From contig CM075994.1 of NCBI GenBank assembly GCA_038087875.1, positions 5,892,001-5,956,000 of the forward strand: a stretch of DNA of 64,000 nt, written 5' to 3'. Below the pieces are notes generated by a model that saw nothing but the letters and a program-made list of their open reading frames with translations, did no database searches and was not told the DNA's origin. The stretch's first letter is position 1. Every line of letters begins with the position of its first letter. Shown here in pieces: positions 1-13,365 of this stretch. The DNA is from Malacoraja senta (taxonomy: Eukaryota). Both the position numbers and the translations under genes were made by a program.

Positions 1-1082
<1,082 letters not shown>

Positions 1083-1099
1083 TATCCCTCTAAAATTGT

Positions 1100-1290
1100 C
1101 CAATCCATGTACTTCGTTTAAACTTTAAAATAGTCCCTGCGTCAACCACCTCCTCTAGCTACCCGTTCCATACACTCACCAGCCTTTGTGATCAAAGGTT
1201 AGCCCTCAGATTCCTATTATATCTTTCCCCTTCACCTTAAACTTATGTGCTCTCGTCCTCGATCCCCCTACTCTGGGCAAGGGACTGCAT
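1100..1290 (-). mobile_element. Degraded CR1 LINE 3' fragment
   Basis: Resembles the reverse complement of the CR1 'TRGHSLK' region seen in other copies in the window. Confidence 0.55.
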
Positions 1291-1320
1291 CAATTGATGT
1301 ATTCACTTTTACTATTTTAG

Positions 1321-1356
1321 AAGCGGATACCTTGAAGAAGACTATCGCTGATATCA
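1321..1356 (+). CDS. Micro-exon (36 nt, phase 1) of butyrophilin/BG-like coiled-coil tail: xADTLKKTIADI
   Basis: actattttag|...|gtaagt; open only in the phase-1 frame; paralogous to exon 19612-19647. Confidence 0.75.
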
Positions 1357-1888
1357 GTAAGTGCTACAATCCCTTTCATCGTTTTCAATAAATTGTTGAT
1401 CAGTTGATTATTCTACACCTAAAGATTACCATTAATAAATTCCTCAGCACGGTCCGCATTCGGACAACAGGAACATATGACATAGATACGTTTGAAAGAA
1501 TGTTACGGAATTATGTGTATTAACATCATTACTAGTATAGCGGTGTGGTTGTTGGGGAATCACTTTTTCATGAGCCTCATCACAATTTCATGTACTTTTG
1601 TCTGAGCAAACTTCTCGATGTATTACAGCACTATCAATGCAAGATTGATTGCTAACAAAGCGTTTAAGATTTCTTCCGTTTCCCAAGCAATAACATTAAA
1701 TGCATAAAATACTACGATGCATAGCAGTTGCCAATTAGACATGTCTGATTGAACGGTCCATCATCCCGAGGAGCCCCAAGGAGCTGTTGGTACTGGCATA
1801 AGGACCAATAAGGACTATCTGTGGAGGAAACTCATGGAGCTTGAGTAGGAACTGTGGGGTTGGGGGTTGTGGAGAATGGTATACATTT

Positions 1889-2070
1889 GCTATATTTAAG
1901 AGGGAGTTAGATGTGACCCTTGTGGCTAAAGGGATCAGGGGGTATGGAGAGAAGGCAGGTACAGGATACTCAGTTGGATGATCAGCCATGATCATATTGA
2001 ATGGCGGTGCAGGCTCGAATGGCCGAATGGCCTACTCCTGCACCTATTTTCCATGTTTCTATGTGTCTAT
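1889..2070 (+). mobile_element. CR1 LINE 3' end
   Basis: Matches the 3' ends of other CR1 copies; (TTTCTATG)-type tail. Confidence 0.9.
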
Positions 2071-3045
2071 ACCTTTCGAAGGAAACCCTGCATCAGGACC
2101 GAGAATGGAGAGCGGAGAAAGCCAGCACTAAGAGGAGAGTGGGAGTGGGGAGACAGGAACCAAAAGCTATGGTGAATTGGGAAAGGGCGGAGGATATCAG
2201 CGGGTATAGGAGGAAAGTGGTGATGTTGAGAGCTAACGGCAGGTAGATGCTGGGTGTAGACACCCAAGATGGAGAGATAGTGTCGAAGTTGGATTTGAGG
2301 GAATATTTAGTACAAGCTGATGGAGGGTGGAATACAAACGTGGGAATACAATGCAATCGGATTGGTTTTGGGGATCCAATAAGGGAAAGGAGTGTTTCCG
2401 AACCGGCTTCAATGTGGGGGTACTCAGTGACGGGAAACCTCGAACAGATATGCGTGCAGTGGGTGAATGGAAAGAGGATTGGTAGTGGAAATATAATGAG
2501 AAACGGGGGTTAGAAGAAGTGCGCAAAGGGAGCGCAAATGGGAAGATTAGAGTTAGATCAGGAAGCAGAGAGGCGGTGGTGTGCGTGTGTGGGGTGTGGG
2601 GGAGGCAGATTGTGTATACCGGCGGGGGGCGGTTACGTACAATTGGAAAACATGTTGCTGGGTTTGGGATCCTGCCACCAGAGGTTCGACTCTATCCGTG
2701 ACTCGCTCGTCTGCTGATCCCGTCCGGCGCTTTCCTCCCAGACTGTTGAACTTCGCCTCGAGCCTGACAATTGTAGCAAAGTATCAGAGCTCGAGGTCAG
2801 CCACACTGGCAGCTAATGAACAATTCACACTGCACGTGTACCCTTTTCTCTACATGCACCTGTCTGAAGCTTTTGATGCACAAAACTACGTACACGGATT
2901 CCTGCGGAATCGCCATCTATATATCAAACTAAATCACTCCTTTATGCTTTCTAGTTGACAAATACATACAGTATTTCTGCGCTTTAATTTATTCTTGAGA
3001 ATACTCTGACGGCTCATCTCATATTTATTTTTCAAATGTTTGCAG

Positions 3046-3063
3046 TAAAGGAACTAAGGGCAG
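3046..3063 (+). CDS. Micro-exon (18 nt, phase 1): xKELRA
   Basis: tttgcag|TAAAGGAACTAAGGGCAG|gtaaag; in frame with the preceding exon. Confidence 0.65.
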
Positions 3064-3415
3064 GTAAAGAAACATGGTTTACAAGAAATATGATCTGTCT
3101 TGAAAAATGTATATTAATTTCACTAACATTTTGAATATGGCCAAGGTGTTAATTTAATAGAACATGATATTGTTTTCCATGTTCAATCTTCAATTTTGAG
3201 AAGCAGAACAAATCTAATCATAATTGTCACTGCACAGTTAATTTGGACTGTAGTGTGTAAACTATGTAGGTGGGTATTTAGGAAGATTCACCCATTTCCT
3301 GGAGAATTTTCCTCAGATTCATTCCCATTTAACAAAGGATAAGTAAATAAAGGATCCACAATGTTAGACTGCCTGATAATCTCTCAGCGGTAAAAACAGG
3401 TTTCATATTTTATAG

Positions 3416-3439
3416 CTTCATTTGGCCGAATGAATGCAG
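3416..3439 (+). CDS. Micro-exon (24 nt, phase 1): ASFGRMNA
   Basis: ttttatag|...GCAG|gtatta; sits where the pre-B30.2 linker exon lies in butyrophilins. Confidence 0.55.
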
Positions 3440-3540
3440 GTATTACCGCATTTCCATATTGGATTAATTATATATTCCCGATTAAATTTATGCTCACACA
3501 ACAATGCCCTGTATTTTTTCCCGGTTTCTATTTTCACCAG

Positions 3541-3950
3541 TCAAAATTGTGGTGGACTCTCAAAGCAACAGCACGAAAAGTGCATTGAGTGCACTCACTA
3601 AGTGGATTTAAATTTCAGTAATTGGTGAGATAAATAGGGGAATGCACTTCTGTGTATCTGTTGGTGATTTTCTTAATTGGGATTCTGGAGTCGGAGAGTC
3701 ATGGAGCTACACTGCAAGGAAACAAACCTTTAGGCCGACGGTGTTCATGGCGAGCAAGTTGGCATTCCGTGCTAGTACCCTGTTCCTGCATTTGGTTCAC
3801 AGCGCTGAAAACTACATGTTCACATGAATGCCAAAATGTCTTTGAAACGTCCTGATTGCACCCGCTTCTATAAGTTTCTCTGGCAACTCATTGCAGACAC
3901 TTTCGTGAACTCTGGCGAGGTGGAATGTTTCCAAAGCTATTCCGCATGGA
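3541..3950 (+). pseudogene. Decayed B30.2 (PRY-SPRY)-like exon
   Basis: ttttcaccag acceptor. Phase-1 reading VKIVVDSQS...WI* (TAA 3609-3611), then in the same frame SVIGEINRGMHFCVSVGDFLNWDSGVGES, resembling the B30.2 motif CVLGxxxFxSGRHYWEVEVGxxxxWxLGVxxES. Downstream part is frameshifted; end coordinate approximate. Confidence 0.6.
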
Positions 3951-4255
3951 TATATACATATTTCCATAACTAATCCGTACAGCTAATACAGAATGTTTTC
4001 GGGCAGCCAGAAACAGGGTGAACGAATTGCCGATATCTGATTACAGGAATAATGTAAGGATATAAAATAAAAGTTATAAAAATGATTAATCCAAATTAAA
4101 GAAATCGGGCAGGCATGTAGAGACGATGTTCAGCAAGGACTAATAAAATAAGGGATTATGGAAAATTTAATGTGACAACACGTATCAAAAACGTATCACT
4201 TGCGGAAAAATAAACCTATTATGTGAAAGCTGGGGGAAATTACATTTCCGGACAG

Positions 4256-4273
4256 ATCACAAAAGAGTAAGGT
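4256..4273 (+). CDS. Candidate micro-exon (18 nt, phase 1): xHKRVR
   Basis: ttccggacag|ATCACAAAAGAGTAAGGT|gtaagt; a competing internal donor (AGA|gtaagg) exists. Confidence 0.45.
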
Positions 4274-4701
4274 GTAAGTAAAACTTTTAACAGTGAATCG
4301 AGATGGCCACGGAGAGATTTAGAGAGGGTTCCTTCCACGCTCTAGGTCCCTTAACGCTGATTTGACTGAAAGGATCTAGAGCGGGAAAGGAATTGACAAG
4401 GTTAATTGGCTGGTGTGGGATCCGAGAAAGTGGCAAGAAATGAAAACAGAATGGTGAAAGACAAGCATGACAGAGGGAAGACTGTGAACCTTGTCTAGCA
4501 GCAACTGTTGGATACTTGAGCAATTTTTAGCGCCTACCTCAGATGCATGGTTGCAGCTTTGCCACAGATAGGATAGCAAAGTCGATTGTTTGATTTTGCA
4601 AAGCACAAAAATAATATTCAAAAAATACCGAGCCTCTATATTATATCGTTTACAATATAAATATGCAATGCACAACTAATTTTAAACTTGTTTGGCTTCA
4701 G

Positions 4702-4728
4702 AAATAAAGAAACTCCAGACTGATGTCG
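4702..4728 (+). CDS. Micro-exon (27 nt, phase 1): xIKKLQTDV
   Basis: tttggcttcag|...|gtaagg; heptad-like peptide. Confidence 0.75.
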
Positions 4729-5294
4729 GTAAGGTCATCAAACCGCCACTGGAATTAAAATACGTTCATTTAACATTATTTATGTGACGTTACCATGATA
4801 CCTCTGCTGTCGCTTTGGACAATCGATCTCGCGGGTAAAATAACTTTATTTTGCAATCAGATACCAAATACGATAATTTCAAACTGATCATTTAATGAGT
4901 CGTGAAAATACATGAAGGCACGTAGCCAACTTAAAGAGGAACGAAGGGTTTGAGACGCGTTCTTTCCTTTGATATAGATATGAGTAAACTCTAGATTTTA
5001 CAATGCACAAAATAGTTTAATTTGCGACAATAATAAAAACCAGAATTAATATTAGTTAATGACAGATGCAACCAAATTGTATTACCAATTTAATTGTATC
5101 TGTAGACGGAAGTTAATTAATTACTTAAGGTGCTAACATATTTTCCTTCGAGATTTAATAAAGATAGCGTTATAACTATATTTCTATCTCTGTTTACAAT
5201 GAAACACACAGATTCACCATTTGATAGTTTGTACGCAGCATGCTGGTATTTCTAGTGGGAAATGTTCATCTAATATAAATACAATTTCTCATAG

Positions 5295-5321
5295 AGGAAA
5301 GTTTCAAGCAAACAAAGCAAG
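5295..5321 (+). CDS. Micro-exon (27 nt, phase 1): EESFKQTKQ
   Basis: tttctcatag|...CAAG|gtaacg. Confidence 0.7.
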
Positions 5322-5417
5322 GTAACGTATATCCCGACTATGCGATATTTCTCACAGCCATGGCTGGCGCTACTTCGATCAGTTTGTCATTCTTGTTGAG
5401 TCTTAATAAAACTAAAA

Positions 5418-5632
5418 ATGAATGACTGATTGAATGAATATATGAATGAATGGACGAATGAACGTACGAATGAACGAATGGATGAATGAACGAACGATTC
5501 AACGAATGAATGAATGAAAGAATGAATGAATGAATGAAAGAATGAATGAATGAATGAATGAATGAATGAACGAATATATGAATGAATGAATGAATGAATG
5601 AATGAATGAATGAATGAATGAATGAATAAATG
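5418..5632. repeat. (GAAT)n microsatellite
   Basis: Direct reading; resumes at 8621-8668 on the other side of the Rex1 insertion. Confidence 0.95.
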
Positions 5633-6313
5633 AAGGTCAAGGCTGCTTTACCAAAGGGAGCTGAGGGAATGTCCTGTGTTCTGTATCATAGAGATATGGT
5701 TCATCCACAGCTCCACAGACTCAGCCCACCAGCCCGAAGGCTTCTCCGTCCATCGTATGGACCGTACGCAGGCAGCTGGGAAAGAGAGAGGAGGGGGTGT
5801 CTGCCTCATGGTCAACTATTCGTGGTGCTAAGACGTGGCAGATCTGTGAAACTCCTGCTCCTCGCACCTGGAACATATGGCGGTGAGGTGCCGCCCCCTC
5901 TACCTACCGGGGAAATTGACCTCCATCATCCTGACCGCGATCTGCATCCCACCCCAGGCACACGTCCGTCTGGCATTGGAGGAGCTGCACGCCGTGGTCA
6001 ACAAACACCAGACAGTTTACCCCGAGGCGTTTACCACCATCGCCGGCGAACTCAACAAAGCCAACCTGAAAAAATCGCTTCCAAACTACCAGCAACATGC
6101 ATCATGCAGTACCAGAGGAATAAACACACTTGACCACTGCTACACGACCAAGAAGAATGCCTATCGCTCTATCCCTCGCCCTCACTTCGAGAAATCCGAC
6201 CAGTCAGCGGTACTGCTTCTTCCTGCATACAGGAAGCAACTGAAGAGCGCACCCCCAGAGGTGAGGACTGCACATAGCTGGACTGCGGAGGAAGAGCAAC
6301 AACTGCTTGGAGT

Positions 6314-6900
6314 CTGCAGTTGTACCGAGCCCCAGTGAGACCACACCTGGAGTATTGTGTGCACTTTTGGTCCCCTAATATGAGGAAGGACATTCTTGCT
6401 TTTGAGCGGGTGCAGCGTAGGTTTACAAGGTTAATTCCCAGGATGGCGGGACTGTCATATGCTGAGAGAATGGAACAGCTGGGCTTTGTACACTCTGGAG
6501 TTTAGAAGGATGAGTAGGCGTCTTATTGAAACATATAAGATTGTTAAGGGTTTGGACACGCTAGAGGCAGGTAACATGTTCCCGATGTTGGGGGAGTCCA
6601 GAACCAGGGGCCACTGTTTAAGAATAAGGGGTAAGCCATTTAGAACGGAGACGAGGAAACCCTTTTTCACACAGAGAGTTGTGAGTCTGTGGAATGCTCT
6701 GCCTTAGAGGGCGGTGGAGGCAGGTTCTCTGGATGCTTTCAAGAGAGAGCTGAATAGGGCTCCTAAAGATAGCGGAGTCAGGGGATATGGGGAAAAGGCA
6801 GGGTACTGATTGAGGATGATCAGCCATGATCACATTGAATGGCGGTGCTGGCTGGAAGGGCCGTATGGCCTATTCTTGCACCTATTGTCTATTGTCTATT
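6314..6900 (+). mobile_element. CR1 3' fragment nested in Rex1
   Basis: LYR..VRPHLEYCVHFWSP motif, (ATTGTCT)n tail; GAGTC on both flanks. Confidence 0.9.
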
Positions 6901-8170
6901 GAGTCAGTAAACTGGGCAATGTTCAAGGACTCTGCAACGGACCAGAATGAATAGGTCACAGTCGTTACATACTTCATAAGGAAATGTGTGGGGGACTGTA
7001 TTCCTTCAAAAACCTTCCGAGTGTTTCCTAACCAGAAGCCTTGAATGAACCGGGAGATCCACATTCTTCTGAAAACCAGATCCCGGACATTTAGGTCTGG
7101 TGAAGCAGAGGTCTACAAGAAGTTCAGATACGATCTTGACAAGGCCATCAAAAAGGCCAAAAGGGACTTCCGCCCAAAGCTGGAGGATGAGGCGGATGTT
7201 CGGCAATTGTGGTAGGGCTGGAATGCCATCACCTCCCACAAGGCGAAATCAGGAGGCAGCTCAATCAACAGCGAAGCATCACTCTCTGACGAGCTCAATG
7301 CGTTCTACGGACTCTTTGATAGGGAGCACGATGATGTGCCTTCCAGAGCCCCCCTTCGCCGTGATGGTATTTCAGTCACAGTCATATAGGCCGACTTCAG
7401 AAGATCCTACACGGGGGTGAACCCTCGAAAAGCGTCCGCACCTGATGGTATACCCGGTCGAGTTCTCAAAACCTGCGCAGACCAACTGGCTGGGTTTTTT
7501 GCGGATATTTTCAACCTCTCACTACTGATGTCTGTGGTTCTCACCTGCTTTAAGAGGGCATCGATAATATCAGTGCCCAAGAAGAGTAAGGTGACGTGCC
7601 TCAACGACTATCGACCAGTGGCACTAACGTCCGTGGTGATGAAGTGCTTTGAGAGATTGGTTATGGCGCATATCAACTCCTGCCTCAACAAGAACCTCGA
7701 CCCACTACTTTCCGCCTACTCACAATAGGTCCATGGAGGATGCGATCTCACTGGCTCTCCACTCCACTCTGGTCCACTTGGACAATAAAAACACTTAGTT
7801 CAAGCTGTTGTTTATAGACTTCAGCTCGGCGTTCAATACCATCATCCCTCCAGGCTCGTTACCAAGCTCACGGAACTGGGTCTCTGCGCATCCCTCTGCA
7901 ATTGGTTCCTCGACTTCCTCATCCACAGACTACAGTCAGTTCGAATTGGAAGATATACGTCATCAGAGACCCACACCATCCTGGCCACACACTCACCTCA
8001 CCACTTCCAGCGGGAAGAAGGTACAGGAGCCTGATAACTGTAAAGTCCAGGTACATGAACAGCTTCTTCCCTACAGCCATCAGGCTATTAAAAATTACAA
8101 CCTTATATAAATTCTGAACTACAGTAGACTATTATCATTATTATTATCATTATTACACTATTACTGTTTG

Positions 8171-8455
<285 letters not shown>

Positions 8456-10111
8456 TATGTGTATATATACACACATATCTTTTTTCTTTTCATTTTCTCT
8501 CTCGTTTATCATATTATTTACAATGTACATTATTTACATATTCTGTTGTGCTGCAGCAATTAAGAATGTCATTGTTCTATCTGGGGCAATTGACAAAAAC
8601 ACTCTTGACTCTAGACTCTTGAATGAACGAATGAATGAATGAACGAATGGATGAGTGAATAAATGAATACTTTATTGCGATGAATAATCCTTTACCGGAA
8701 ATAGCCTGAGTGCTGATGAGACAGTAAATGTACTCACGATCAAAACGACAACCTGGCCGCCCATTTTTTTGTTTGTGGTTAATCCTGTCCATGCTATAAC
8801 CGTTGTTTCAGGTGATATCGAATTCTGACGTCAACATTTGCAGTCATAACTAGTCGTTCCACATCAAGCGTTGCCGTCAGTGCCGTCACCATTCTTAAGC
8901 GAAACCAGTAGAATCCTCATTCAAGATTTGGTGTAAAAATGCGCAATGGGGCGCTCGCTTGTAATACTGCATTGTTACCTGCCAGTGACACAGTGCAGCC
9001 GGATAAGTGCACGCGTTTCCCCCCCCCCCCCCCCCCCCCCCCGCCCCTTCACTTTAAAATATTGCATGCCTATCATTGTTCTGGTGTCATGGGCATATCG
9101 ATAGATGAAGTTGACATAAAATGCGTTCGCTGCTGCCTGTTGCACCTTGTTCTCGCCTACCTGTTGAAAAATAATGGTCAGCAGGATAAGGTTGTTAAAA
9201 CAGTGTTGTCTGCGTATGATCAAAAAAACGACAACCTGCCAATTATGTACTACGTAAATAGCCTAGTGATCGTCATAGGGCAGTTCAGAAACAAAAATTC
9301 AGAAAATGCTGGCACAGCAAGATAAATTGCACTGCGGTGATCAAGCGATGTTGAGGGCATTGCGGTTGCTTGTGGTTCTGAAAGTTCAGAGGTTGATGTG
9401 GGGGTCCGAAAAACGACGAAAATTAGAAGAATGCAGGTATTAATGCCTCTATTATGAAGGTGCGGGAATTTATCTAGTGAGGGAACAACCCGAGAAGGTA
9501 CAGTGGAGGTTATCTCAGTAAAAGCATGAACAAGGGCCGGTGGAGTTTCATAGGCTAATTGTCAGATTAAATAGTTACACGATCTGTTTTTAATCTCACA
9601 CGGGAAGCTTTTACTGTGCGCTACTTCGCACTATTGTATTTTTATTATCCGGAAATTCGAATTGCTACTTGAACGCGCGTGTGTGTGTAGGAGTGGAAGG
9701 GGAGGGAAGATAAGGTATCAACATCAATGATATTCTACTCTGTTTCAATTTTCCACCTTGTCATCAATTTACATTGGAAAACACTGACGCCGAAAAGGAG
9801 AAAGGAAGTCAACATTTGCATTGCTATGAAGAGCAATGAAATGTAACGCCTAATTCCACGCTGAATTGACGTACTTTAAACAACGATAAATCACCATGGC
9901 ACCAGTTTTTCATTCATTTGATACACGAAAATGATAGTTGGCATAGGTTTTATACAACAGCATTGGCGTTCTTTTGGATAATCCAACGTTTTACAGTAAT
10001 TCGTTGAATAGCACAATTCATGTCCTGTTTACAACTCGAGTTACCTATGCGTTGCATAATTTGTCTACAGAAATTCAGAATCTTGAAGAATATGTTTGAT
10101 GTTCTCTTTGC

Positions 10112-10270
10112 TATTATTATTATTATTATTATTAATATTATTAGTAGTATAATTATTGTTATTACAATTATTAATTATTATTGTTATTATTATTGCTATT
10201 ACTATTATTATTATTATTATTATTATTATTGGTGTTGTTGTTGTTATTATCAATATCATTTTTATTATTT
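10112..10270. repeat. (TAT)n-rich microsatellite
   Basis: Direct reading. Confidence 0.9.
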
Positions 10271-10389
10271 TCATTCTTATCTTGAAATCTTTCCTTTGGT
10301 TCAATCAAAAATTCACATAAAAAATGAATATCAAAATTAGAGGTTTCATGTGGAAATATATTCAGCGTTCTGATAATATTTATTTTCAG

Positions 10390-10425
10390 AATTTGATGTA
10401 ATTAAAAATCATTTGAAAAAAACAG
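10390..10425 (+). CDS. Micro-exon (36 nt, phase 1): EFDVIKNHLKKT
   Basis: tttattttcag|...ACAG|gtaggt. Confidence 0.72.
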
Positions 10426-11217
10426 GTAGGTGCCAATAAGGATAAGTTTGTGTTTGCTATGTTTCATTCTCTATCCATTTGAAATGAAATCCATTTCAAT
10501 TTTACTTTCCGTAATTTGCTAATCAATCCATTGCCGGAGCCTTGGTATCAGCGTTGAACAAAAGACAAAATCTTTAGGTATTTTGTAGAAAAGCCCTTTA
10601 GGTCTTATACTTCAGTTGTAACTTCTATTCTCAGGCGCGTAGTCATCGATTGGGACGAGTATCCCTACGTAAGGAGTTAAGATTTGTTCACAAGCACAGC
10701 GCTGAAGTGTATTTGTGGGGACGGGGTAATTTACGGAGAGTTAATGATCTTACAGCACTGAATGCATTGTTTCCAGAGTACGCAGGACATAGGCAGAAGG
10801 ATCTCGACCCGCATCATCTCACTCCTGCTATCCAGGATTTGCTGCCTGTCCCGTTGAGTTACTCCAGCATTTTGTGTTTACATAAGACGTAGAACAGCAT
10901 AGCACAGCAGTAGTCCCTTCATCCCACAACTACTGTGGCGACATGATGCCAAAACCAACCCTCATCCACCTTCACATACAGTAATCCATATCACTGTGTT
11001 CCCTGTAAATCCATATGCAATCCAAAAATCTGTTATATCTCACCAATAATAATCATTAGCGTTAATGATACGATGGTCGGCGTTTCCACTAAAATTTGCA
11101 TTCGGAAATCGAATATTCACATCCATGGCACTTTATCGTAAAAATGCAAATTATACATAGAGACTTTTGCTTCTTAACAAATAAAAATTGATCTATAGTA
11201 CCAACTGAAAATTTGGT

Positions 11218-13365
11218 TTAAGGAGGACAATTTATGATATGTGAAGAGGAAAAAATTAGTTAAGACCAAAGTTGGACCCTTGAAGACTGAAAAATGTGAA
11301 TTTATTATGGGGAACAAGGAAATGGCAGATGAGTTGAACAGGTACTTTGGCTCTGTCTTCACTAAGGAGGACACAAACAATCTTCCTGATATTGTAGTGG
11401 CCAGAGGATCTGGGGTGACAGAGGAACTGAAGGAAATCCACATGAGGCAGGAAATGGTGTTGGATAGACTGATGGGACTTACGGCTGATAAATCCACAGG
11501 GCCTGATGGTTTGCATCCCAGGGTACTTAAGGAAGTGGCTCTAGAAATCGTGGATGCATTGGTGATAATTTTCCAATGTTCTATAGACTCAGGATCAATT
11601 CCTGTGGATTGGAGGGTAGCTAATGTTATCCCAAATTTTAAGAAAGGCGGGAGAGAGATAATGGGGAATTATAGACCAATTAGCGTGACATCGGTGGTGG
11701 GGAAGATGCTGGAGTCAATTATAAAAGATGAGATAGCCGAGCATTTGGATAGCAGTAACAGGATCGGTCCGAGTCAGCGTGGATTTACGAAGGGGAAATC
11801 ATGCTTGATTAATCTTCTGGAATTTTTTGAGATGTAACTAGGAAAATGGACACGGGAGAGCCAGTGGATGTAGTGCACCTGGACTTTCAGAAAGCATTTG
11901 ATAAGGTCCCACATAGGAGATTAGTTGGCAAAATTAGGGCACATCGTATTGGGGGTAGAGTGCTGACATTGATAGAGAAGTGGTTGGCAGACAGGAAACA
12001 AAGTGTACAGATTAACGGGTCCATTTCAGAATGGCAGGCAGTGACTAGTGGGGTACCGCAAGGCTCGGTGCTGGGACCGCAGCTATTTACAATATACATC
12101 AATGATTTGGATGAAGGGATTCAAAGTAACATTAGCAAATTTGCAGATGACACAAAGGGGGGTGGCAGTGTGAACTGTGAGGAGGATGCTATGAGAATGC
12201 AGGGTGACTTGGACAGGTTGGGGGAGTGGACAGATGCATGGCAGATGAAGTTTAATGCGGATAAACGTGAGGTTATCCACTTTGGTAGCAAAAACAGGAA
12301 GGCAGATTACTATCTAAATGGCGTCAAGTTGGGAAAAGGGGAAGTACAACGGGATCTGGTGGTCCTTGTACATCTGTCTATGAAAGTGAGCATGCGGGTA
12401 CAGCAGGCAGTGAGGAACGCGAATGGCATGTTGGCCTTTATAACAAGATGATTCGAATATAAGAGCAAAGAGGTCCCTCTGCAGTTGTACAGAGCTCTAG
12501 TGAGACCACACCTGGAGTATTGTGTGCAGTTTTGGTCCCCTAATTTGAGGAAGGACATTCTTGCTATTGAGGGAGTGCAGCGGAGGTTTACAAGGTTAAT
12601 TCCCGGGATGTCGGGCCTGGCATATGCTGCGAGAATGGAGCAGCTGGGCTTGCACACTCTGGAGTTTAGAAGGATGATAGAGGATCTCATTGAAACATAT
12701 AAGATTGTTAAGGGCTTGGACACACTAGAGGCAGGAAACATGTTCCCGATGTTGGGGGAGTCCAGAACCATAGAAACATAGAAACATAGAAAACAGGTGC
12801 AGGAGGAGGCCATTCGGCCCTTCGAGCCAGCACCGCCATTCATTGTGATCATGGCTGATCGGCCCCTATCAATAACCCGTGCCTGCCTTCTCCCCATATC
12901 CCTTGACTCCACTAGCCCCTAGAGCTCTATCTAACTCTCTCTTAAATCCATCCAGTGACTTGGCCTCCTGTGGCATGGAATTCCATAAATTCACAACCAA
13001 CTGGGTGAAAAAGTTTTTTCTCACCTCAGTCTTAAATGCCCTCCCCTTTATTCTAAAGGGCCAGGGGCCACCGTTTAACAATAAGGAGTAAGCCATTTAG
13101 AATTGAGACGAGGAAACACTTTTTCTCACAGAGAGTGGTGAGTCTGTGGAATATTTTGCCTCAGAGGGCGGTGAAGGCAGGTTCTCTGGATGCTTTCAAG
13201 AGAGAGCTAGATAGTGCTCATAAAAATAGAGGAATCAGTGGATATGGGAAGAAGGCTGGAACGGGGTACTGATTGGGGATTAACAGCCATGATTACATTG
13301 AATGGCGGTGCTGGCTCGAAGGGCCAAATGGCGTACTCCTGCACCTATTGTCTATTGTATATTGT
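11218..13365 (+). mobile_element. 5'-truncated CR1 LINE (RT domain, disrupted)
   Basis: GPDGLHPRVLKE, LDFQKAFDKVPH, GVPQGSVLGP and KFADDTK motifs; frameshift near 11835; (ATTGTCT) tail. Confidence 0.95.
12769..13057 (-). mobile_element. Second CR1 subfamily 3' end inserted in opposite orientation
   Basis: Starts with (CATAGAAA)n, the reverse complement of the (TTTCTATG)n tail; interrupts the host CR1 at ...AGAACC|AGGGGCC. Confidence 0.88.

Noticed and set aside
2077..2760. Purine-rich stretch with several short ORFs
   Set aside because: Probably a degraded repeat (possibly Penelope-related) but could not be assigned with confidence.
8811..8830. Possible terminal exons ttgtttcag|GTGAT (here) and ttgtttacag|GTGAT (~29062)
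   Set aside because: Only an acceptor and a few codons before a stop; not distinguishable from chance.
8939..9325. 128-aa ORF with polyproline, repeated at 54852
   Set aside because: Prolines come from a C homopolymer; no recognisable domain; the recurrence is due to the large duplicate.
10020..10340. Ile/Tyr-rich transmembrane-looking ORF
   Set aside because: Translation of a (TAT)n microsatellite, not the missing transmembrane exon.
10635..10668. Candidate exon tctcag|...|gtaagg
   Set aside because: 34 nt with a stop in the phase-1 frame; does not fit the array.
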